Assembly: GCA_963811705.1 (NCBI GenBank)
Contig: CAWESL010000008.1
Location: 454,673-518,672, forward strand
DNA length: 64,000 bases
Reading direction: 5' to 3'
Source of the DNA: Ignavibacteriota bacterium
GTDB taxonomy: Bacteria; Bacteroidota; Ignavibacteria; UBA10030; UBA6906
Positions within the stretch are counted from its first letter, which is position 1, and every line of letters begins with the position of its first letter. The translations under genes and the position numbers were made by a program. Under the pieces are notes generated by a model. That model was not told where the DNA came from. It made no database searches and saw only the letters and a program-made list of their open reading frames with translations. Positions 30,460-39,411 of the stretch are shown here, piece by piece.

Positions 30460-31263
30460 ATGAGTCGATTCACGCTTCTATTTCTGATTTTTGGTGCGCT
30501 TCTGATCTCTTCGTGTGCAAAAAAACCGGTCGGAATCGTGGAAAAGGAGTTTACATATAACGGCGGTGGCATCTCGATGAAGGGATACCTCGCCTATGAC
30601 GGCGATGTTCAGGGGGCGCGTCCGGGTGTCTTGGTCGTCCCAGAGTGGTGGGGACAAACCGACTATCCCCGCTTGCGCGCAAGAATGCTGGCCAAACTGG
30701 GGTATACGGCGCTCGCGGTGGACATGTACGGCGATGGAAAGACCGCTGACAGCCCCGCCGTCGCTGGCCGGCTCGCCTCCGAGGTCATGCAAAATATCGC
30801 CAATGCAAAAGACCGCTTCGTCGCCGCTTATGATCTCTTAAAAATGCAGCCGGAATGCGATTCAAGCCACATTGCCGCTATCGGCTATTGCTTCGGTGGC
30901 GGGGTCGTTCTGAATATGGCAATGCTGGGGGTCCCGCTCGACGGCATCGTCAGCTTCCACGGCAGTCTTCCCTCGCAGCCGCCACCCGGCGCCGAACCCC
31001 TCAAAGCGAAGGTTCTTGTTTGCAACGGAGCAGACGATCCGTTCAACCCTCCACCTGCAGTCAGCCGGTTCAAAATGCTGATGGACAGCCTGAAGGCCGA
31101 CTACAAATTCATCGATTATCCCGGAGCGAAGCATGCGTTTACCAACCGGGAAGCGGATTCTCTCGGCAGGCTCTTTAATCTCCCGATCGCGTACAATGCC
31201 GCAGCCGATAAGGAATCATGGGCGGCCATGCAGGATTTCTTTAAGGGATTGTTCGGAAAGTAG
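30460..31263 (+). CDS. Dienelactone hydrolase family lipoprotein
   Basis: EWWG, GYCFGG nucleophile elbow, GADD, GAKHAF; lipobox ISSC. Confidence 0.9.
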   Translation: MSRFTLLFLIFGALLISSCAKKPVGIVEKEFTYNGGGISMKGYLAYDGDVQGARPGVLVVPEWWGQTDYPRLRARMLAKLGYTALAVDMYGDGKTADSPAVAGRLASEVMQNIANAKDRFVAAYDLLKMQPECDSSHIAAIGYCFGGGVVLNMAMLGVPLDGIVSFHGSLPSQPPPGAEPLKAKVLVCNGADDPFNPPPAVSRFKMLMDSLKADYKFIDYPGAKHAFTNREADSLGRLFNLPIAYNAAADKESWAAMQDFFKGLFGK

Positions 31264-31318
31264 GGGCAGCGAACAGGGTGGATCATGGGGGAGTCTTTCG
31301 TTCTTCACAGGAGGCGAT

Positions 31319-31789
31319 ATGAAGACGATCGGAAATCGTGGCTGGATCTGGACATGCATCTGGTGCGCAGCGTGCTTCCTTGGGAATGGCAACCTGACCG
31401 CCGGCCCGCAGGAGCACCCGAAGACCACGACGCCAGACGCGGTGAAGGTCAAGCACCACAGCGTGCCGAAAGGATCGCATTCGAAGTCGAAGACGTTCAC
31501 CGACAGTTGGGAATCTACTCAGGGAAATAATCCGCACAAAGGGAAAGGAGTTCCCGACCACTGGGGAGGAACGGGGGGAACAAAGTCTCATGGCGGGAAG
31601 GGAATCCCCGATGACTGGAATCAAAACCAGGGAGGCACGGGGACAACCTCAACGGGCGGCGGAAAATCCGGAAAGGGGCACACGGACAATTGGATCGCGA
31701 CGGATTCTAAATCGACGACATCGCACAAGGTGACGTCTCACGCGAATCCCAAACCTCCGGTCCACGTTCAACCGAAAAGTCTGAAGTAG
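31319..31789 (+). CDS. Small Gly/Lys/Thr/His-rich exported protein with Trp-rich leader and internal DxW repeats
   Basis: AGGAGG RBS; MKTIGNRGWIWTCIW leader; four Kxx(T/P)DxW units. Confidence 0.75.
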   Translation: MKTIGNRGWIWTCIWCAACFLGNGNLTAGPQEHPKTTTPDAVKVKHHSVPKGSHSKSKTFTDSWESTQGNNPHKGKGVPDHWGGTGGTKSHGGKGIPDDWNQNQGGTGTTSTGGGKSGKGHTDNWIATDSKSTTSHKVTSHANPKPPVHVQPKSLK

Positions 31790-31997
31790 AAGGGGTTCTG
31801 GATATGGGCGTGCATTATTGAGCGCCGGACGCAGGAACAACAAACCGTGCACGATGCCGCCGTCTCGCATGCAGATGGTCACGAGGTCCCATCGTCTCCT
31901 GGACCTCGCGACGTAACTTGAAGGCGCCTGGTGCCTCGAACGTGTTGCTCATGCACATGAAAGACATGAAGCGATACCGAGAGGTATGATGTGTCGT

Positions 31998-34714
31998 TCA
32001 CCGGCGGGTTACTGCAATGCCTGTTCCCGGACCATTCCATCCCGCCACCTCAAAATGCAGTGTCCGCGGAATCCCGCTTGTTCCACGTGCCATCAGACCC
32101 ACCTTGATCTGTGTCGACTCTCCGGGAAGAAGTGAGAAGTAGTTATCGCTGTAGGTCGAGCTCAGAGAATCGGACTCCTCAAGAAGTCGCAGCCTGACAA
32201 AGTAGTCGATGTGCGTTCCCGGGTTCTGCACGGTAATGATGACCGGCGTTTGTCCTGACTCTCCCGCTTCCCACGACCTTCAGGTCCGCCGCGGGCATCG
32301 CATTCATGTCATCGAAGAGATCGGCAAACGCCTCGAGGTCTCCGCTCTTGCTGACGCCGATCGGATACATGAGACTCGACACGAGAGCTCCCTGCGGGTC
32401 CCGCAATTCGACGGACAGAAAGAACGATCGGCCCGCCATTGCCGCCGGAAGGGTGTAGCTGATCCTTCCCACTTTCACCGATCGGTTCTCGGGCGCCGAA
32501 GCAGAACCCTTTTGCGACACAAGTTCGCTGCCATCAATCCCCAGAAGCCTCGCATGATACGTGAGGTTCTTGACCGACGTCATACGTGTCGTTCAGGAGA
32601 TAGATATCAGCGGAAAACTCTTCGCCCGCCTTCCAGATGTACCGTTCGAAGTCCGCTCCGACATGGATCGGCCGGGAGGCACGCTTCATATAATAGTACG
32701 AGGGCTTCGGCGTTCCGTACCAATCCACCATCGACCACGAGACGCACGGCCAGATGTCATCGTACTGCCAGATGAGGAGGCCGCTGTTCTCGAATTTGTT
32801 TTCCCGGCAATACTCCATGTTGAATGAGTTCGCCAGCGCCTGATACAGCTGACTCTTGCGGATGAAATCGTCTGTCGACGTTGGGGACCCAAACTCGCCC
32901 GCATAGCGCTCGAGCTTCATGAGGTGCTGAAACCGGGTATTGTTCTCCCCGTGGTACTCGATGTATGTCGTGTCGGGAGGCCAGAGATCTTCGGCGGGGG
33001 TGAACTTCCGGTAATCCTCCGGGACGGGAAACGTATTGACGCCGGCCTCACTACGGAACGGACGAACGACCCGATAATCGGTATACGGCTTTAACCCGTG
33101 CCACACTGCCCAGTGATGGTCATCCCCCTGGTACGGCGATGCGCGGTGGAACTCCCTCTGCGGATCGAGCTTCTTCACCAAGGAATCGAGGGCGTCGATC
33201 ACCGACTTGCTCCCGACATCGTCGGGATCGAACTCGTTTCCGCCGCACCAGAAGGTAAGGCTTGGATGGTTCCTGAGACGCAATACCGCCGATGTCGCAC
33301 CGTCGAGGAAATTGTCGCGGTCGATGGTCGCGAAATTCCTGTTGCTCAGGAATTCCTGCCAAGCGAGGATGCCGTACTGGTCGCAGAGTTCATAAAAATC
33401 GTCCGTCTCATACAATCCACCACCCCAGACGCGAAGAAGGTTGAAGCCCGCGTCGCGCGCAAGGGTGAGGAGACGATCGTACCGGCTTCGGTCCAGGCGC
33501 AGGAGCTGGTCGACGGGAATCCAGTTGCCGCCCTTCGCAAACATCTTCCTGCCATTGACCTCAAATGTCCAGGGATACGAGCCGACCACTTTGCCGAGGA
33601 CATACTGACTGCCGACCTGATCTTTCATCGTCTTGAGGAACTGCTCCACGTTCTCATTCTCCACCAGTTTCAACTCGCGGACGCCGAACTGCGTCGAACT
33701 TCGGTCCGAGACATCGCCGCCATTCGACACTGCGGCATTCAGGACGTAGAGGTTCTGCTCGCCCATCCCGTTCGGCCACCAGAGTTTCGGATTCGCAATC
33801 ATCACCGAGAAGTCCACGGTCCTCGATTCACCGGGATTCAGCGCGACGCTCTGATGAAACTCGGCAGCGGTTTTCCCGGATTCCTTTTCCTGAATTACGC
33901 CGGAGAGTTCGCATGTTGCCGGCAACGAGGAAAGATTGTGGAGGTCAAGGGCGATGGAGCACTCCGCCTTTTTCACAGACGGGATGAGCGTGCGGATATA
34001 AGGATGGTCAACACGTAGCGGGCCGGTAACGCGCAGCTTGACCGGCTGCCACATGCCGATCGGGACGCCATGCGGTCCCCAGTCCCAGCCGTACATGCAT
34101 TGTGCGATCGAATAGAGTTGGTTGCGCGGGGTGTCCCAGGTCAACCCCCGGGCCATGGTATTCAGGCGCGCATCGGGTGTTGCTTCGAGTCGGACCACCA
34201 GCGAATTCTCTCCCGCAAATTTCAGCATGCCGTTCACATGAAATGAGCGCGGGTTCAACATCCCTTTGAGCTCCCCGACCCGTTGACCGTTCAGCCACAC
34301 TTCGCCCTGGAACGAAGTCCCTTCGAAGACGAGGTCGACCCATTTTCCCTTGAGTTGATCGCCAATCTGAAAATTCTTGAAGAACCACCATTCCTTCTCC
34401 TCGACCCACAAAGATTTTTCATTGTCATAGCCGTAATAGGGATCCGGGATTTCGCCGGCTTGGAGCAGGGCCGTGCGCACAGTACCGGGAACGATGTACG
34501 GCAGACAGTCCGGGGGGACGTTCCCCGGCATCTCGAGCCGCTTCGCCAGGCCAATGCCCTTCGAAAAGTCCTTCATGAGCCAGGGGCCGCTTAGGTCGAT
34601 GACACCGGACGATTGAGCGGTCTGCCGTGCGCAGAGTACCGGATCGATGTGCGTGAGGAACAGGGCAATCGCGAACAGGAGGAACAATCCTGATTTGCGG
34701 GACGATGCTTTCAT
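31998..34714 (-). pseudogene. GH2 beta-mannosidase/exo-glucosaminidase-like glycoside hydrolase with two frameshifts in the C-terminal part
   Basis: YGWDWGP, KGGNWIP, LRVWGGG, WQEF, WCGGNE in 32534-34714; protein continues in shifted frames near 32580 and 32270 (…SDNYFSLLPGE); could be sequencing indels. Confidence 0.8.
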
Positions 34715-34794
34715 GGGGATATCGCCTTGTCAGTGAGACTGATGGTGATTCGTTGTCGGCTGGTCAAGGGAGGTCAGCAAGAGAACGCTGAAAG

Positions 34795-35385
34795 CTATCG
34801 GGAAAAAAGGACGGAATCAAATGGGGCAGCTTCAGATCGTGCCGTCGCGAAATTGTCGCGCAGCGTAGATTGGTTCTTCTGATCCGTCGAGAGTTGTCGA
34901 TTCCGGGGCACGGTTTTAGCGAGAACGAAAGTGACAATGCCGACCACTGTCACGACAAGAATCCCGAATTGGCCGGTCCAGAGAGCAGGGTTGGATCCTT
35001 CTGTGTCGCGGGTGAAAGGACCTTCGATCACGGCACTCCAGGCGGAGTGGCCCAGCACCGCGCACCAGACGCTTCCTGTGTGTAGACGGAGTGTTCCCCA
35101 GAACACTGAAATCCCGACTGCCAGTCCCTGGAAGAGAAGGGCGGACAACGTGGGTAGGTCCTGCCGCGTATTGGCCTGAGAGGATGCGGGGCACATGCCA
35201 GAGTCACCAGATAACGCCGCTGGATGCCAGCGGGTGGAGAAGACCCGCGGTCGATGAGGCGTGTCCGCATGAAACCCCGTCAGCCGATCTCTTCACCGGC
35301 TGCAGTAGTGACTCCAACCACCGGAACCGAGCGTTAATGAAGCCCCGAGGGCCGCGAGAAAACGTCGATGAGATGAGCCAATCGT
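34795..35385 (-). pseudogene. Decayed CPBP (CAAX/Abi) intramembrane metalloprotease
   Basis: AAGEEIG*RGF (W to TGA), GVIW*LWHVP and TGSVW..VLGHSAW lie in different frames; 5' end lost at the REP pair. Confidence 0.75.
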
Positions 35386-35699
35386 GAAAAAGTTGGTTGC
35401 TTAGGCAACCATCTTAATGTTCGAAAACGGGCTCAAATAGGGCCGTCTTCATTGGAGAAAAAACATGGCAGCCTAAGCAACCGTTTTAATCTAACCTCTT
35501 CACCGGCTGCAGTAGTGACTCCAACCACGGAACCGAGCGTTAATGAAGCCGCGAGGGCCGCGAGAAAACGTCGATAAGATGAGCCAATCGTGAAAAAGTT
35601 GGTTGCTTAGGCAACCATCTTAATGTTCGAAAACGGGCTCAAATAGGGCCGTCTTCATTGGAGAAAAAACATGGCAGCCTAAGCAACCGTTTTAATCTA
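35289..35699. repeat. Tandem duplication of a ~205-bp unit, each containing a REP-like pair (cluster 4)
   Basis: 35289-35493 vs 35496-35699 differ by 2 substitutions and 1 indel; cores at 35395, 35467, 35601, 35673. Confidence 0.92.
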
Positions 35700-35709
35700 T
35701 CGCCTGTCG

Positions 35710-35829
35710 CTATTCATCCACCGGCGTCCACCGGTCCAGAAGCTTCTCCGGGATCCCGTCGATAAACCGCGATGGCTTCGAAAGGATCATCCCGCTTTCC
35801 CGGTCATACACGTTGATGGGGTAGGTAAT
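35710..35829 (-). repeat. Orphan duplicate of the last 40 codons of uvrD (direct repeat of 42774-42893)
   Basis: Encodes the identical peptide ITYPINVYDRESGMILSKPSRFIDGIPEKLLDRWTPVDE*; 8 differences, all at third codon positions. Confidence 0.93.
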
Positions 35830-35935
35830 GGCAGCCTACGCTGCCCTATTTTTCAGGCCAAGACAGAAACGTCATCCCTGTAATCTCTTACCCACGAGCC
35901 GGTTTCGGTGTGGCAAAACAAGGCAGCCTTGTTTT
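35830..35935. repeat. Two variant REP-like palindromes at the island edge
   Basis: GGCAGCCTACGCTGCC (35830-45) and AAAACAAGGC-A-GCCTTGTTTT (35915-35). Confidence 0.65.
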
Positions 35936-35939
35936 CCCT

Positions 35940-37769
35940 TCATCGCAGAAGAAGCATTGACTTCGTAACCGAATAGTTCCCGACGGTAAGACGGTAGAAA
36001 TAGACCCCGCTCGATAACGCCGCTCCGTCAAGAATGGCCTGGTAAGTGCCCGGCGATTGCCGCTCATCGACGAGCTCGGCAACGACTCGACCGAGCACAT
36101 CGTACACTTCCAATCGAACATCGCCCGCCCCTGGAATTGCATACCGAATCATGGTCGTCGGGTTGAATGGGTTTGGAAAGTTTTGTCCCAACATGTACTG
36201 CTTTGGTACTTCAATAAGCGCGCGAACGTCACTGGCCACGTATCCGGAAACGGTCACGTCGTCCACATACCATCCGAGATCTGCCCAGGGAGCATGAGAG
36301 GAAAAGGAGAAGCCGATTTGAGCCGACATTCCCGCGTAGGGGAGAAGATCAAGCGAGGGCGTGGTCCACGTCCCCCCGCCTGTTCCGGTATACGGGCCGC
36401 CAAGGTTCAACCACGGCCCTCCTTTAACCCTGATCTGAACGTACCCCGTATCTGAGGTAGAAAAACTATACCAGTGCCAGAACCGAAGGTGCGGATTGTG
36501 ATCGGAATCAGGAACCGCAAATTGCGGTGAGGTCAATCGCGATGCAGCATCGTCGATATAATTTCCGGCGAGTACTGTGGCCGCGCACTTGGTTCCGCTG
36601 TGTGCGATCCCCGGTCCACTCGTTGGCACACCCACCTGCCACGTCCCTGAGTCCGCGTACCAATCACCAATCCCGGTCTCCCAGTCCTCCGGGCTGCGCA
36701 GGATCTTGGGACCCGTCACTATGGCCACGTCATCGACATACCATCCGGCATCTGCCCATGGAGAATGAGAAGCGAAATAGAAAGCCAACTGGACAGTCAT
36801 TCCTGCATACGCCTTCAGATCAAGCGACGGCAATGTCCAAACGCCGCCACCCGTGCCGACATACGGTCCGCCAAGTGTCTGCCAGGGTCCTGTTCCGACT
36901 CTGATGAGAACGCGACCCGTATCGGATACTGAAAAACTAAACCAGTGTAAGAATCGGAGACGGGGGCTCTGACTGCTATCGGGCACCTCAAATGATGGTG
37001 AGATCAACCGCGTCGAAGCGTCGTCGATATAGTTTCCCGTCAGTACCGTCGCAGCACAATTGTTGCCTGAGTAGGCGGTCATGGGCCCGCTCGTTGGCAC
37101 ACCGACCTGCCATGTCCCGTAGTCGGCGTACCAATCGCCAATTCCCTCCTCCCAATTCTCAGGGTTATGAAATGTCTTTGGACCCGTGAGGACAGTAATG
37201 TCGTCGATATACCACCCCGCGTCTGTCCACGGCGCATGTGAGGTGAAATAGAACGCGAGTTGGACTGACAATCCCGCATACGCGCTCAAATCAAGCGAAG
37301 GCATCGTCCATACCCCACCGCCGGTGCCGACATACGGGCCCCCAATTTTCTGCCAGGCTCCCGTCCCGATTCTGATGAGAACATACCCAGAATCGGACGT
37401 TGAAAAACTGAACCAGTGCCAGAAACGGAGGCGCGGATTGCTCAGACTGTCAGGCACGATGATCGAAGGCGATATGAGCCGCGTGGAAGCGCCGTCGGAG
37501 TAATTCCCGGCGAGGACAGTTGCTGCGCACGCCAATCCGCCGTGTGCACTCCCTGGCCCGCTGGTGGGGGTTCCGACCTCCCAGGTCCCGAAATCCACGG
37601 ACCAGTTCTCAGACCAGTCACCTTCCCACCCTTCGTTCCAGACTGTATCGACACTCTGGGCATATGAGCCCTGTACCCAGATCAATAACATACAACACGC
37701 GGCAGCGGCGAAACGAAACGAATACGGCTGATGGGCGTGAACAGCGAATCTTCGAATGAATGTTTTCAT
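35940..37769 (-). CDS. T9SS-secreted protein with three tandem ~165-aa beta-sandwich (MAM/adhesin-like) repeats
   Basis: Repeated GTWxVGxPTSGP..A..G..CAATVL.GNY...LRFxHW...GWYxDD; QNFPNPFNP...SGVYFYRL CTD. Confidence 0.85.
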   Translation of the reverse strand: MKTFIRRFAVHAHQPYSFRFAAAACCMLLIWVQGSYAQSVDTVWNEGWEGDWSENWSVDFGTWEVGTPTSGPGSAHGGLACAATVLAGNYSDGASTRLISPSIIVPDSLSNPRLRFWHWFSFSTSDSGYVLIRIGTGAWQKIGGPYVGTGGGVWTMPSLDLSAYAGLSVQLAFYFTSHAPWTDAGWYIDDITVLTGPKTFHNPENWEEGIGDWYADYGTWQVGVPTSGPMTAYSGNNCAATVLTGNYIDDASTRLISPSFEVPDSSQSPRLRFLHWFSFSVSDTGRVLIRVGTGPWQTLGGPYVGTGGGVWTLPSLDLKAYAGMTVQLAFYFASHSPWADAGWYVDDVAIVTGPKILRSPEDWETGIGDWYADSGTWQVGVPTSGPGIAHSGTKCAATVLAGNYIDDAASRLTSPQFAVPDSDHNPHLRFWHWYSFSTSDTGYVQIRVKGGPWLNLGGPYTGTGGGTWTTPSLDLLPYAGMSAQIGFSFSSHAPWADLGWYVDDVTVSGYVASDVRALIEVPKQYMLGQNFPNPFNPTTMIRYAIPGAGDVRLEVYDVLGRVVAELVDERQSPGTYQAILDGAALSSGVYFYRLTVGNYSVTKSMLLLR

Positions 37770-37834
37770 GGATTCTCCTCGTCGTAACTCCCAAAGGAAT
37801 TTGTGATAGAGACAGTCGGAGCGTTCTCTTCCGT

Positions 37835-38620
37835 CTACAATCCGAACCGCATCTGGATGGTCGGAACCAATTCCGTCGTAACCCTCCCCGGCTGCTGAAT
37901 AGTTGCCAGCGGTCGCAGCAAGAAATTGAATTGCGGTTTCATGATCCCGCCTGTCGAAGTTCCCTGTGGGTCAAGCTCTTTCCTGGATTCCCATAGTTCG
38001 AGTTCCTCCTCATCGGCAGATTTGATGAGTGCGGGGATTGTTCCGCCGATGATAAGAGAAGCGCCTGCAAGATAGAGGAGCGTCTTCGCCGTGCCCGAGG
38101 CATCAGAGATGCCGGGGCCGGATTTCGGGTCGGTCTCACTTGCGGCAATGAGGATGATGCCCAGACCGGCGCCGCCTGCAGCAATCAGCCATTTCGTCTT
38201 TCCGGTGCGGCTGCGGCGCGCTGCCGATTGAAGATCAACAATGTGATAATTGCCGTTGAAGAGAACGCGAGCCGTGTCGATTCTCGTCGCGAGAGCGAAC
38301 GACGCAGGCTCCACGGAGACGACCGTTCCGTAGGAGCAATCATCTTCCCGGGTGAGTTTGAGGGCCTTTGGGAATGCACGCAATCGTGCCGATCGGGCCG
38401 GGAGTTCTTCGCTGCTCAAAGTGAACTCAGCATCCGGGTTGGAAATCGCCAGCGCCGTGATAATCCCTGCGCCTGCCACGACACATCCCGCAACGAGGAG
38501 ACCGGTATCGTATTCGGCAAAGCTGTCTTCGATCTGGCTGGAATAATTCGGCCACTGCGAGAAAGCATTTGAGAAGGCAGCAAGTGATGCGGTGAGCAAC
38601 GCTATGAAAAGGCGCTTCAT
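37835..38620 (-). CDS. Hypothetical exported/membrane protein
   Basis: GGAG RBS, signal peptide, Gly/Ala-rich hydrophobic segments. Confidence 0.65.
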   Translation of the reverse strand: MKRLFIALLTASLAAFSNAFSQWPNYSSQIEDSFAEYDTGLLVAGCVVAGAGIITALAISNPDAEFTLSSEELPARSARLRAFPKALKLTREDDCSYGTVVSVEPASFALATRIDTARVLFNGNYHIVDLQSAARRSRTGKTKWLIAAGGAGLGIILIAASETDPKSGPGISDASGTAKTLLYLAGASLIIGGTIPALIKSADEEELELWESRKELDPQGTSTGGIMKPQFNFLLRPLATIQQPGRVTTELVPTIQMRFGL

Positions 38621-38709
38621 GGTTTTCTCCGGGGGAAGGGAAGAACTCGTGCTGGCGAACGCGGGAAGAACTTCAACGGACAACATAGGGGAACAGAAGT
38701 GCAGGGGGT

Positions 38710-38726
38710 ACTACCCGAAGGGGTGG
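38710..38726. promoter_or_regulatory. Candidate NarL-type operator (copy 1)
   Basis: ACTACCCGAAGGGGTGG, 15/17 identical to 39437-39453; imperfect palindrome 90 bp upstream of the 38620 start. Confidence 0.45.
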
Positions 38727-38741
38727 ATTCTGAGCATCATT

Positions 38742-39350
38742 CTACTGTTTCATGACAGCACCGACCTTGTTCGCGACGTTGAGTTTCCTGTAGATGTTCT
38801 TTATGTGAAATTTGACCGTGTCCTTCGCAATGAACAACCCATCGGCGATCGCTTGATAGCTGTGTCCCTGGCGAAGGCGGGAGAGGACTTCCTGTTCGCG
38901 TCGCGTCAGTGGTTCGGGCAACGTCGTAGCACGGAACGATTCGGTGATCTTCCTCGCGATAGTCATGCTCATCGGCGCGCCTCCGTCCACGACCTCGGAG
39001 ATCGCCCTGAGGATTTCGGTTGCGGATGAGTTCTTCAATAAGTATCCCGACGCGCCGCTTCTCAGTGAACTAAGAATGACCTCATCTTCGACATGGACGG
39101 TCAGCATCACAATTTCCATCTCGGGCCACTGGTGCTTGACGATTCGCACCCCGTCGATGCCGGACATCCCGGGCAGACCGATGTCCATGAGCAGGACATC
39201 CGGTCTGCTGTGCCCAAGGTCTCGAATCGCAGCTTCGCAATCGGGATAGGTCGCGGCACATGAATATCCTTTCGATGATCCAAGCAGAGCGGAGAGTTTC
39301 TGACGCACGTCCTGGTCATCGTCCACAACGCTTACGAGGATTGATCGCAC
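38742..39350 (-). CDS. NarL/LuxR family response regulator
   Basis: VVDDD, LMDIGLPGMSG, GYLLK, LTRREQEVL...TVKFHIKNIYRKL. Confidence 0.93.
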   Translation of the reverse strand: MRSILVSVVDDDQDVRQKLSALLGSSKGYSCAATYPDCEAAIRDLGHSRPDVLLMDIGLPGMSGIDGVRIVKHQWPEMEIVMLTVHVEDEVILSSLRSGASGYLLKNSSATEILRAISEVVDGGAPMSMTIARKITESFRATTLPEPLTRREQEVLSRLRQGHSYQAIADGLFIAKDTVKFHIKNIYRKLNVANKVGAVMKQ

Positions 39351-39411
39351 TGCAGGTCTCCTTCCAGGTCGCAGGTCGAGGCTTCAGCGGGCGAGGGGGG
39401 GCACGGTGAAC

